A program made the position numbers and the translations under genes. From Eimeria praecox (lineage: Eukaryota): 64,000 nt of DNA. The stretch spans positions 4,154,001 to 4,218,000 of the forward strand of contig OY986946.1 in NCBI GenBank assembly GCA_963920595.1, written 5' to 3'. The notes beneath the pieces are model-generated. The model was not told the DNA's origin. It was given only the letters and a program-made list of their open reading frames with translations, and made no database searches. Below are positions 36,576 to 49,188 of the stretch, in pieces. Position 1 is the stretch's first letter. Every line of letters begins with the position of its first letter.

Positions 36576-37954
36576 CACCCCATTCCCTGCTACTAGGGGT
36601 GCCGCTGTACGTACAGACCAACTACAATACAGAAAAATGTCTAAGACCACCGACGAGTACAGCAAAGTGCCTTGTGTCGGCTCACCCATAGCAACTTCTG
36701 TGGCTTTCTCCTCCCACGTCAGCATAATGGTTGCTTTTGAGTTTGTGTGTGCATGCAAGGCGATATCATAGGCTCTGGCGCGACTAATATGAGGAAGGAC
36801 TTTGGTGATGGCGTCTTCTACGCATTCGAATCTGCACAAGTACAACAGTTGTTGACAATACTGGTGTTAATAAACAACACCTTGAAATCCTCAGCTTGAA
36901 ATATGAACCAATGTGCTGTATGTACACCGTAATCTACTCACGTGTGAATGTCGTCGTTATGCAACACCACACGCCAGTCTTTGACTCGCTGACGCCGCTT
37001 CTCCGCTCCTTCTTTGTCTTCAACAGCCTCCCTCTCCTTAACATGAGAAGATTCTGCTGCTTTCCGCTCTGCTTGTTCTCTGAAACCCATACGCAGCAAC
37101 AGCAGCCTCACTCTAACTGCCGCACTTTACTGCTGCAACACTACGGTCCAGAAGCTCGCGCCACTGTGTATGTACACCCGAAGGAAGAGAGTCAACAGCT
37201 AATTTCTCTGTCACCGTCGTACCCCACGAAAAAGGCTACAGGAAACGCCAGGAATCAAAAGAAGACAACCTTGCATAATTATGCACAGATACCCCATCAC
37301 TCAGCGGTCTCAAACCCTAAACCCTAAACCCTAAACCCTAAACCCTAGCAACGCTGACCTCCTCTTAAGCTGTTTGGTGGAGAGTGGAATTTTCGCAAGC
37401 CCTGTATTACCACCGGCGAAGAGAACTGAATTTGTTCCGGTGTACAGACTGACAGGGTTGAAAGACTCTTCTCTTAGACCCTTCAAGAGTAGGCCCCCTC
37501 CTCTGCACTGTAGACTACCACAACTTATCGGCTGCTTCCCTCCTCCTGTGCCCGAGGCTGGGCTGGAGTGTCTAGGGAGTGTAGTTGTAAATCGTTTGGC
37601 TGCAGAGGCTCCTGCATGCGTCAAAAAGGCAGCAAGCTGCTGCCGCCTCTGGCTGCTGCACTTAACACCTCGTTGTCCGTCTCCTCCTTGAGTCTTCTCA
37701 AGCTCACAAGTGGCCAGCACTTGATGCAGAAGGACAGTAGACAAAGGAATTTGGGGCCTCCCTAGCAGTTGCCCGCCCCAGCAGTTGAAAGGCCATCGAC
37801 TCCCCTTACCCTCTACACCTGCAATCGACGTCGTGCTGGCTGCAGACAACCCCAGCCCAAGACAGACACTGGAGTGCTGCTGCAGTTGAACAGAGGATAT
37901 GAACAACGTCAACAGCAGCAGCAGCAGAGCCGAGGGCATGCAGGACGTGTTCAT
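36128..37954 (-). CDS. clpS: ATP-dependent Clp protease adaptor ClpS, with signal peptide plus transit-like leader (probable apicoplast)
   Basis: Exons 37954-37359, 37079-36942, 36831-36686 and 36201-36128 splice in frame to DWRVVLHNDDIHTFECVEDAITKVLPHISRARAYDIALHAHTNSKATIMLTWEEKATEVAMALQGEGLTVSVLP. The N-terminus MPSALLLLLLTLFISSV is a signal peptide followed by a basic Ser/Gly-rich segment. Confidence 0.88.
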
Positions 37955-38574
37955 AGTAAGAACGGCTGTGTTATACTCTGGAAATCGTGCAGGGTGAAGA
38001 ACCTGCCAAAATATTACTTCGAGTGTCTCGACGATCTTCGCTTTCCCCGCTGTTTTTCCAGTGTCATTCCACCTCCTTTACTCCCCTCCATCCTCCAAAA
38101 TGGTTTTCACTTCATAAAATATACAGACAGCGCGGTTTTACAAACTTTGCGAGGTGTTATATCGGTCTACAGCGACGGTTTACTGGTGCACGAATCTGCC
38201 AGTGGGTAACTTGGGGTGTACATACAGCCGTTGACTGTCGAAACATCTCATATATTCAACTAAAAAGTATTAATAATAAGGAAATTAAACAAACATGAAT
38301 ACTTTGGGTCGTCTCTAGTGCCAGTGAGCCGTGTCGGCTGTGGGGCGGGCATATGCCACCTAGCATGGCAGGATTATGGAAAGTATGAAATTGTGTTTGC
38401 GTGTATAATAAATGTTTGGAAATATACTGAAAAATGTTGAGATAAGTATGAAAAATTGTAAAGAAATTTTAAAACTAAAGTAAGTGTGTATATTTTTAAT
38501 ATTGGTAGTTGAATCTGAGGCCTATTCGCTGTTGAAACAACCACAGGGTGGGGTGTGTCAGCACCATATTAATT

Positions 38575-38735
38575 AAACTTACCTGGCAGGCGCTCGGGGT
38601 GGCTCGTCCATCACCCTGTCGTAGTCCGGAGCAGAGCACTGCACTCAGCTGTCTGTAATGGGCTATGGGCCTCCATACGGGGGTGCCAACTGCAGAATTT
38701 CTGATAGCGGCATGTTGCGTTCGCGCTCATGCCAT
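38575..38735 (+). ncRNA. U1: U1 spliceosomal snRNA
   Basis: 5' end AAACTTACCTGG (5' splice-site pairing), loop II-like CACTGCACT, Sm site AATTTCTG at ~38696-38703 and terminal hairpin GGCATG-TTGCGTTCGCGCT-CATGCC carrying the conserved GCGTTCGCGC. The length of ~160 nt fits U1. Confidence 0.9.
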
Positions 38736-39982
38736 CAATCCTTTTATTGTTTATTTTAGTATTATCTTGTATCTTTTGGTATTTCTTTTGTTCTGTTTTC
38801 GTGTTTATATGGTGAGTTTGTTTTTGTTAGGGGTTTTGTTGGCGTTTTGAGGGCTTTCTTCTTTTTCTGGTGTTTATTCGGCACTTTATTGTTTTTTCAG
38901 GTGCGTTTTGTATTTTAAGTGGTGATCTTCGGTTTTGGTTGTTTATGGTATTCCAGTTTCTACTATTGCTGCGTCTTTGTTTTTTTCGCTTATTTTTGGT
39001 AACCTTTTACAAAGAGACGAACGTAATTTTATTAATTATGCATCCATGCTTGGTTTCTGCATGTGAGGGGTCTAGGAAGATGAATGCACTTAGGCACAGG
39101 TTCGTATGCTGTTTTCTAACCATTATTCGCGTCCCATCTTAGTTATTTATTTATATTTTCATGTAAGATGAATTTAGAGCTTAATGTAGGTTAATACATA
39201 CTTTGCCACTTCATCCGCAAAAACCCTAAGATCATCCACTGTTGATATTGGTATGATAGATTTTGGTGCATTCACCTCTAGACTAGGGTTGAAGCTAACT
39301 GTGTTCTGTCTAATAATTACTTGTAAGTACTAATTGTATGTAATTATTCGCTTGGACGGAAGCTGTAGATACACCAAAGGATATTTTGACACAGCAAATC
39401 GTCAGAAAATCGTAAGCTGCCAGTTCATTGTATGCTATGATATATGAGCAACTTAGGTGCTTCTCTCTTCTGAACTCTTTCAGTGTTTTAACCATACACC
39501 TTACGATTTCTTTATTTTATTTTTCGTGTACTTCGACTCTTGATTGCTTTAATTCTTAATGTTTATTTTATTTATTTCGAGTGTTTGTAGCTACGTCTCA
39601 AACTACTTATTCCTGATATGAAGATTTTGACTGTATATTCAAGTTTTCTGGTTGCTATTTTAGTTGCTGTTGGGACTGTTTTGGTTTATGTTTCGAGTAT
39701 TTTCGATTATATTTAGAGTAATTCGATAGTAAATAATATACATATTCCTAAATATCTAGTTGTAGCGTTGTTAGAGGGAGGTAATAATGGCTGGGGGGGT
39801 TAGTTTTGCTTGTTGTTTATTAATTAAATACAAAGAATTAATATAATTAATAAATTAATATAATTAATATTCTGAAAAGAAGAAAGAGTCAGGAAAGGTC
39901 TTTGGTTTTGTTGACAAGGGATTTGTTTGATTTCTTTGAACTATGAATTATTATGATTTCTTTGTCCTCTTCGGGTGTATCG

Positions 39983-40548
39983 TCAACCCTCAAGGGATGG
40001 ATACATGGCCTTTAAGACAGCAACGGGGCTTTGGGTGTTCTGTTGATTTGATTTGATTAGCTGCTCCATCACAGCACAGGCCAAGTCTGTTTTCTGTAGA
40101 GAAATACAAACAACAACAACAGAGACCGCATGCACAACACAACCCTAGTTCGCTAAAGGGTTTAGGGTTTAGGGTTGGGATATATATTATATATAATAAA
40201 TATTATAAATAATATACTAAGTAATTACCTTCACGTCATGAACTCTAAGGATATCCACGCATGTGTTTATATTACTACTGGCCCAGCAGGCAACAGCAAG
40301 ACCTGCGATATCTCTACTATTCATATCTTCTTCTTTTGTTGTTGTTTTTCTTTCACAATCCTCTCCTTTCTGCTGCACCTGCAACTTCTTTTGCCTTTCT
40401 TCTATCGCCCAGCCAATAAACCTGCAAATAACACAAACACCCAAAACCTCAAACAACCCCAACTCAACTTTTGCTTACAACACTAAACGTTCTATTTTAC
40501 CCGACAATCAAACCTTTCGCCCTCGTAATACAACCAAGACCCCATTCC

Positions 40549-40594
<46 letters not shown>

Positions 40595-42649
40595 GAGAGA
40601 GAACGAGAGCAAACAGCTTAGAACATAAAAGCCAATATATAATAAATACAATTAAAGAACAACACCTTTTTCTAGAATGGCCGAGAAGTATCGGCAAACC
40701 GCTGGGCAATTTGCTGCGTAGTTCTGGCAGTCTTCGTAGCAATTCAAAAGAATGCTCCGCCTTCTTTGCAAAACCCAAACCAACATCTAAAATTAGCCGC
40801 CACCTGCGGGAAAAAAACAATAAAAACAACAATATATAGTAATAATATGTATTAATAATAATATTGGGGTATTTATTTAATCAATTATCGAAAAAATTGA
40901 GGGGTTTCGAGCTGCAAAGGAAACTGGCACAGGCTCGACGAGCACCCCCTCTTCATCATTTATTTCAGGTGTACGTACCGCGGGAGTCCCAGCTTGATCA
41001 AAGTGTTGGTTTTTTTGGTTAAGAACTCCGCCACTTCATTAACAACGTCATCGTATTTTGCCTACATGCGCTCAAGACGGCAAAAGAGAGAAAAATATGT
41101 CATGTTTCATCGTACAAGCAACAAATATATTTGTTGCCGTGTGCGAAGTGCAGTGTACGTACACCGTGTTTCTGCTTCGTGCCAACGCACAAGACTGTCC
41201 ATCGTCTTGGGTGTTCCTCTTGAATGCATTATAACCAGAGGATATTTTCTTTGTTCCGCCGCGAAGACGAGGAGGCTGGGGTCCGCTTCTCCTCCACTGA
41301 CATCGTTGATCTGCACGCATGCACGCATGCATACATACATGAACGGCCATTTCAACACGAAATTACGATTTAAATACATTTGTGATGACCTCATTCATAT
41401 ACAGGTCTGTGTTCTTTTGCTGAGCTGCGGTGTATGTGTGTATGTGCCTATACACCCCGTTGCTGCTTACCACATCGGCGCCTGCAGCTATTGCAGCTTC
41501 TGCCACCGGCTTTCTTCTCGTATCAACAGAAATTAAAATATTTTTCTGTATTTCTTTTCTTAATGCCTCGATTACGGGCTTAACTCTCTCTATTTCGGTG
41601 TGTACGGAGACCTCTTCTTGTACAAAAGGATTTGTAGCTTCTCCCCCCACATCAATTATCGCTGCCCCTCCCTGTATTAAACTCTGTGCCTGCTTCACTG
41701 CTGCTTCTACATTATCGTAGAACTTGAGGCCATCACTGAAGGAGTCAGGCGTAACATTCAATATCCCCATTAGTCTTGGGCTGATGGGTTCTTGAAGCAA
41801 GAAGTGTTTGAGTTGTAGTAGTCGTTCTTTACATTCCTGTAGAGAAATATCTTCTGCCTCTTTCTCTTCTTTAAGACCATATCTATTCAATACTTGTTGA
41901 ATCCACAGCAAAGTATCCTCTACTGCAAACTCCGAGCCTCCTTTAATTGTCCATAGTTGTCCATCGTTAGCTGCAAAACAACGGCGAGGGACAGCCAAAT
42001 TCCCGTCTATGGTGTAGGGATCAGAGAGAGGAGAGAGATTGTTTGATAGGCTCGATGTGGACTGTATCAACACCTCCTCTCTTCGTTTTAAATTCTCTTG
42101 TATCAACTCTTTTATCGTCTTCTCGATCGCCGGATGCTTCAAAGTTGGCTGAATGTCGCAGAGAGGGAAAAGAACAAAGTTACGCTGATACAGCCGGGGA
42201 TGTGGAAGGATTAGCTTATCTGAGTGTATCTGCCTGTTGTTTAATTCGGAGTCTACAAAAAACAACAGGTCAAGGTCCAACGCCCTGTGCAGACGAACGG
42301 CCGAGGGGGACCTGTCTCGACCATGTTGCTGTTCAATAGAGTGAAGCTTCTCTAGAACAACTTCAGGATCTTCTATTTCTGTTTGAACTCGGACAACAGC
42401 GTTGAGGTGGAGAGGCAACGAGAGATCGTGTTGATCTTTTGGGCGTGGGTCTACGTCAAACCCAGGCAGCGATTCATACAAACAAGAACATGCATCAATG
42501 CTGCCGACTTCATTCTGAATGCTTGAAAGAGCACTTTCAATTATACTCAAACGCAAATTCCCCCCGAAATTCGTACCAAGAGAAATATACGCCAATGAAT
42601 GGGCTTCGCGTTTCTGAACGGCACTCATCTGGTGTACGTACCGACCCAT
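39983..42649 (-). CDS. DHPS: Bifunctional hydroxymethyldihydropterin pyrophosphokinase - dihydropteroate synthase (HPPK-DHPS)
   Basis: Exons 42649-41471, 41310-41191, 41061-40979, 40803-40666, 40421-40229 and 40093-39983 are in frame. HPPK motifs AYISLGTN, HRALDLDLL and LILPHPRLYQRNFVLFPL. DHPS motifs MGILNVTPDSFSDG, IIDVGGEATNP, ISVDT, INDVSG, MHSRGTP, DVGLGFAK, GHSRKRF and ILRVHDV. Confidence 0.96.
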
Positions 42650-44555
42650 CGTGCAGCCGAGAAGCGAATTCGAGAGGAATCCTCCCCTTCTCAAAGAAAA
42701 ATGAAAGAATAAATTCAAGTTTTTCAAAATTAACATCGCTAGAGTACCTCAGAAAGACAAGATGCCACTCTCACCGTCGAAATGTGGCTGCTGGTGGGAG
42801 CAAACATCGGTGGAACGACCCTCATCCTCACACAACGCGACAGAGATAATAAGTTATTTTTTTAATTTATTTATTCATTACACTTCATTTTTGAAGGTTT
42901 AAATGTAAATGCTGCTGTTTATTGAGAGATATCAGAGGGAATTGATCTATGAAACACCCGACACAGTACACCGCCTTCCCTTGATGCCCGCATGCAGTGC
43001 TGTGTATCCTTCGCTGTTTCCTCCCCGTATGAGCTTGCAAATAACGAATCTCCTGGTTAAAAACATTAATAATTATAAATAATTGCCTCTGTTTCGATAT
43101 TAAGTACATTTCTACCTTAGCCGTAATCAGGACAGATCGAGGTAGCAAGGATGCGATGCATCGGAGCCCGGCTCGACGTACTGAAAAGACAAATTATGCA
43201 TCTACCTTTCATTAATTTGGCTGTTAACATGTTTTTAAAATGATATTTAATTTTATTTAACTTATTATGTCAACACAATTGATGATTATCGGTTATATTC
43301 CTTCTCCGTGCAGAATCAATATCTAGTAAGGATCAGCTGCATTTCTGATACGAATGGGCGGGCTGGCTCCGGTAGTCCCCGTACTTGTTTGGCGTTTGTT
43401 TATGATGTTTTCTATTTATACACCCAAAGAAGAAAATGTTTTGTGTCTTCGGATTACTTGTGGGTTGTTGGCTTAGCATTGCAGCTACAACCCGAGAACG
43501 CTGCAGAAACCCGACAGAAAATATATTTATGATAACATCACCACGAAGGGACAACAAGGGGAGGTTTTTGCGTCTAATTCTCGTGTTATATTATATTGTT
43601 TTGAATAATTTATATATCTTCTTGAATATTAATTTTTATTACATTAGAAAATTTTATTCTTTTAATAGCAAATCACGACACCTCACCCCCCCTCTTCGTC
43701 GCACGCTGGTTGGCGATGCTAGTTGGCATCTGGGGGGTATATATATAGATATGAGCATTTCAATTTGAATTTATTTTCAGGAAAAGTATTTTGAATTTTA
43801 TATTAAATACAAAAAATAAAAACAAATATCTAAATATCTAAATAACCCTACAGATAAGCCGCGCGTCGCGCTTTCAGTGTACATAGTATATAGACTACTA
43901 CTTCCCACGGGAGTATCTTGCACTGTGGGCTCAGACGGACCTTACTGAGGTGTTGAGAGTTTGTGTAAACCTGAAAATCGTAAATAATAAACTGAAAACA
44001 ATAAAAATGCAGAAAATAAAGGAGAAAATCAATTAAATAAGCCATATGTACAGCTAGATTGAAGTGACAGTGACAGACTGTAGGAGAGTATCTACTTCCT
44101 ACATGCAACAGACAGTATAGAATGCATGATATTGACATTGTTTTTGTGGAATTTATTTATAATTACAATTTAAATATAATTTGATCCTTATTTCCATTTA
44201 ACTCGGGTTTTCTATTGCTTATTTGGCCTCTCTACAACAACAGCAAGCAGCCATAGTAAGTAGCACGAGGTCAGAGTGAGGAGCCCCACAGCTGCATGCA
44301 TTAAACTTTGGGGCTTTCTTTCTGTTTCTTCGAGTGTAATAAGTTTGAATAAACAGAACAGCATAATACAATTTAGAGAGGATTTCTTAATTGCTGCAGC
44401 CTTAGGCTGTGTGTTGAACCTGCTGCTGTCTGTTTGCGTGCATCTGCGGCGGCGGCTTTCAATTTGGTGTTTGTTTCGATATCGTGTGTGTGTGTTTGTG
44501 TGTTTGTCTGTTTTTTTAATTATTTGTATATTATTTTTCTTTTTATTTCTCTTAT

Positions 44556-44563
44556 TGCATGCA
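44556..44563. promoter_or_regulatory. TGCATGCA octamer 2 nt upstream of the LeuRS start codon (one of many copies, e.g. 1656, 14527, 19791, 36392)
   Basis: The palindromic octamer is seen directly and is known to be over-represented in coccidian non-coding DNA and bound by some ApiAP2 factors. Its function here is unproven. Confidence 0.35.
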
Positions 44564-44565
44564 CA

Positions 44566-45065
44566 ATGGCTGCAGCAGCAGCCCCGGAGGGTAAGCCGGG
44601 CATTCCGGGTGTATCTGGTGGCGGCGGTTCATTTGTACGACGAGATCATTTATTAGATATTGAGGAACAAGTACAACGATTATGGGATGAGAAGAAACCT
44701 TATGAAGTTGATTTAAATAACTTAAGATCCCCAGCAACAATACAATTATCTTCTTCAAGTCCTCAAAAAAATAAATATTTCTGTTCCTTTCCATATCCAT
44801 ATATGAATGGATTACTTCATCTCGGTCATGGATACACTCTATGTCGAGCAGAATTTCAAGCTAGATATTTTCGTCTTCGAGGAAAGAATGTTTTATGGCC
44901 GTTTGCTCTTCATTGCACAGGAATGCCAATACTTGCATGTGCAGATAAATTAAAAAGAGAAATCGAACACAAAAAAATATATGAAAAACAACAAATACAA
45001 AAAAAACAAGATCTAGAGGTATATATATAATATAATATAATGTAATATAATAGTATATAATATAC

Positions 45066-45114
<49 letters not shown>

Positions 45115-46318
45115 CAGATAAATATATACATATATACGTATTATAGTATAGTATAGTATATTATATAGAAACAACATAACACACTTCATAAGATATAGTA
45201 CTGCAAACTATAGCCCTATAACAGATTAGGGTTTAGGGTTTAGGGTTTAGGGTTTAGGGTTTAGGGTTTGGGGTGATTTCAGGAAGCAGACGGAGAAGCG
45301 TCGGATCCAACCAAGTTCAGCAGCGCAAAGTCCAAGCTGACGGCCAAGACGGGGGGTTTGGTGCGCCCTAAACCCTAAACCCTAAACCCTAAACCCTAAT
45401 CCTTCATTGTTCTCCTGCTGGTGGCTTCCCAGAGCAGGTTTGGAGGAGGCTGATATCAACAGGGTTTAGGGTTTACAACCGAGGGTTTACGGTTTACAGA
45501 CTAGGGTTTAGGGTTTACAAACTAGGGTTTAGGGTTTAGGGTTTGTGGCTGCAGAAGACGCAATGGGAAATCATGGCTGCTCTGGGGATACCTGAAGACG
45601 AAATCCCACGTTTTGCTGATGCCAACTACTGGCTAGACTACTTCCCTCCGAGGCAAGGGTTTAGGGTTTAGGGTTTAGGGTTTAGGGTTTAGGGTTTTGT
45701 GATGCTGATGAGGCAGCGACGGCTTATATGTCCTTGACTGACTTTGTGTTTCCTTTTGAAGATTGCATGGGGAGAATCCTGAGTTTACGATCTGTTTAAT
45801 TTTTAGGGTTTAGGGTTTAGGGTATTTAGGGTTTAGGGTTTAGGGTTTAGGGTTTAGGGTTTGGGGTGTATATGCAGGTGTAAGAGGGATTTGATCCGTC
45901 TTGGTACAGCAGTTGACTGGCGCCGCTCCTTCATAACAACTGACAGAAACCCTTACTATGCCGCCTTCGTCCGCTGGCAGTTTATGAAGCTCCTTGTAAG
46001 ATAAACCCTAAACCCTAAACCCTAAACCCTAAACCCTAAACCCTTATTGTGATGGCTTTGCCTGCTGGTAGTTTATGAAGTTCTTGGTCTTAACCATCCA
46101 CCCGTGGATGATCTGCGTTAAAGATGTTCTTGTTATGAGTCTACCCTTCTTCCTTTATCTAGGGTTTAGGGTCTAGGGTTTAGGGTTTGGGGTTTAGGGT
46201 TTACGATTGTGGATGCTACTTGACCTTCCTATTATCTTAAAACACTCAGCGATTTATTTTGTCTCTCTCTTTTCCCTCACCTTCTCTCCTCCACCTCTGC
46301 CTCATCTGCTGCCGCTGC

Positions 46319-46358
<40 letters not shown>

Positions 46359-46685
46359 TAGGAAGCAGGGAAGATATCGTTTGGCACTCGTCCTACGGTT
46401 ATAAGCCGAAGAGAGCTGCAGGCATGTGCAGACCACGATCGTCTATCAGGAGAAGGTGTGGGGCCCCAGGAGTATACATTAATAAAACTAAGAGTGAAAA
46501 CAGAAGAAACAGAAGCTGTCTGTACACCATACGTAGACCTCATGAAACAGTGGAAGGTATATGAAGGAGACAGAAAACTCTTCTTAGTTGCTGCGACGCT
46601 TAGACCTGAGACGATGTATGGACAGACAAACTGTTATGTGCTGCCGGAGGGAGAGTAAGTCTTACCACGAGTATCGATCCTAATC

Positions 46686-46736
<51 letters not shown>

Positions 46737-47972
46737 GTGGCGGTGGTGGTCCTGCTGTTGGTGCTGCTACTGGTGCTGGTGCTGCTGCTGGTGCTGCTGC
46801 TGCTGCTGCTGCTGGTGCTGCTGCTGATGCTGCTGCTGGTTGTGGTGATGGTGGGGTAGTAGAGGTGATTGTGTAGATACGGCACAAGAGGAGGCATCGT
46901 GGTCAGGGTTTAAGGTTTATTAGGGTTTAGGGTTTAGGGTTTATTAGGGTTTAGGGTTTAGGGTTTATTAGGGTTTAGGGTTTTGTTGCGAGCATAGATA
47001 TGGAGTGTTCCTGGCCTTCGACAAACCCCGCTCGAGTGTAGAGCCTCAGCAGCAGCAGCAGGAACAGGAGGAGCAGCAGCAAACACTGCAAGAGAAGCTG
47101 CTAGCAGCAGAAGCAGCAGCAAAAGCTGGAGATACACTCGAACACATCATGACACGCGAGGAGGCTTTGGCTGAGTGTAAAACGGTGTTCATATGTTCCC
47201 ACAGATCTGCATTGAATATGGCTTACCAGGCACGAGACCCTAAACCCTAAACCCTAGGTCCTAAACCCTAAACCCTAAACCCTAGGTCCTAAACCCTAAA
47301 CCCTAAACCCTAGGTCCTAAACCCTAAACCCTAAACCCTGACGTTTGTGGGTTTAAGGGAGTATAAGAGTTGTTTTTTGTTTTTCTGTGTGTAGAGGGTT
47401 TAGGGTTTAGGGTTTAGGGTTTAGGGTTTAGGGTTTGTGGTTTAGGGTTTAATGCCTCTAGAAGCAGCAAAAGAAGAAACTCAAGACCTTCCTCTCCCTC
47501 ACTGTCTCTTCTCTGTCTCCGGCAAGATGCTTCTGGGGCTTCCTCTATCAGCACCCCTATCAGCGTATCCGACTGTCTTCGCGCTGCCTATGCAATCTAT
47601 CTCTATGGATAAGGGTACAGCTGCAGCAGCAGCAGCAGCAGCAGCAATAGCAGCAGCAATAGCAGCAGCAATAGCAGCAGCAATAGCAGCAGCAATAGCA
47701 GCACGAGACACGGCAGCAGCAGCAGAAAACCCAGAAACATGGAAGCAGCGGCTGCAGCAGTGTTGCTGCAGCACCTTCTTTCATCTGTCTCCTTTATTCT
47801 ATCTCCTGGTGTCTGTCTCCTCTCTTCTCTCTCTTTCTATGTGTCTCCTCTCTTCTCTCTCCTTTCATATTATTTGTTGTTTGTCTCCTCCCGTTTAGAA
47901 TGCCTACAGAGTAGATCTGAGTCTCTTCTTTATTATTTGTTTCCTCTAAGTAGTTGATCTACACTTAGCTAT

Positions 47973-48010
<38 letters not shown>

Positions 48011-49118
48011 GTTAATTAATTAATTGCTTCTAATTACCTAATTAATTATAATTGATTATTTATTTAGTTAATTAATCAAATGTAATTAATTAAATAGTTA
48101 TTTAGTAATACTTAATAATGGTTGTATTTCTACTGTACAGACAGATATTGTGAATGACTACATCAACTTTTAGATAATTAATTAATTAACTAATTATTTC
48201 TACTTAATTAATTCTAATTCTACTTAATTAATTCTAATTCTAATTAATTAATTAATTAATTAATTAATTAAATAGACATCGTCAATATATATGTCTATTT
48301 ACAGGGACAGGGGTGGTGACGAGCGTCCCCTCAGATTCCCCCGACGACTATATCAACTTGGAGACACTAAAAACAAAGATAGATTATTATTCTAAAACAT
48401 TTGGGATTAAACCCGAATGGGTACAGCCGTTCAATGCGGTAGAAATCATAGACGTACCAGGGTAAAGCATTTGATGTTGTCTTGTTTTGTTTTATTTAAT
48501 ATACTTGTCTCTGTCTGTATCTGTATCTCTCTCTGTCTCCCTGTCTCTGTCTCTCTTTCTCTATCTATCACTGTCTGTCTTTGTCTCTCTGTGTCTGTCT
48601 CTGTCTCTCTGTGTGTGTGTCTGTCTCTCTGTGTCTGTCTCTGTCTCTCAGTGTCTGCGTCTGTCTCTGTCTCTCTTTGCCTCTCCCTATCTGTATGTCT
48701 CTCTCTCGCTGTCTGTGTATCTATCTCTCTGTCTCTCTGTCTCTCTCTGACTATCTCTCTGTCTCTGTCTCCTTGGCTCTGCTTCTTTCTAGCTCTGTGG
48801 CTCTCTCTATATTATCTGTCTCTGTGTCTGCCTACCCTGCCTTCACACACACGCATATATATATATATACATATATATATATTATATAGTCAGGTTTATA
48901 TATATATATATATATATATGTATCTACATCTACGTATATCTACCTAGCTGTATAGCTATATCTATATAATAGATGTACTTAAACTAACCTGATGTGTAGT
49001 GGCGCGTTGAGGGGATTGTGCCGCATGCAGCCCCAAATTTGTTCTTGCATGTATGCGTCTGATGCCTCTCTGTTTAGCGATCTCAGCATATCTGTCTCTC
49101 TCTGTCTCCCTGTCTCTC

Positions 49119-49188
<70 letters not shown>

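Noticed and set aside
39200..39520. Possible organellar DNA insertion in the AT-rich stretch after U1
   Set aside because: I could not recognise any mitochondrial or apicoplast gene or rRNA fragment; BLASTN would be needed.
36128..42649. Recent bacterial horizontal transfer of clpS, HPPK-DHPS (and the PepN-like aminopeptidase)
   Set aside because: All have spliceosomal introns and are known apicomplexan nuclear genes; ClpS carries a plastid-type leader.
43280..43348. Possible C/D box snoRNA (TGATGA ... CTGA about 70 nt apart)
   Set aside because: No terminal stem and no rRNA-complementary guide that I could recognise; these motifs arise by chance in AT-rich DNA. A snoscan or Infernal search would settle it.
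48417..48947. Ser/Leu/Val/Cys-rich ORFs
   Set aside because: Translations of a (TCTCTG)n intronic repeat.
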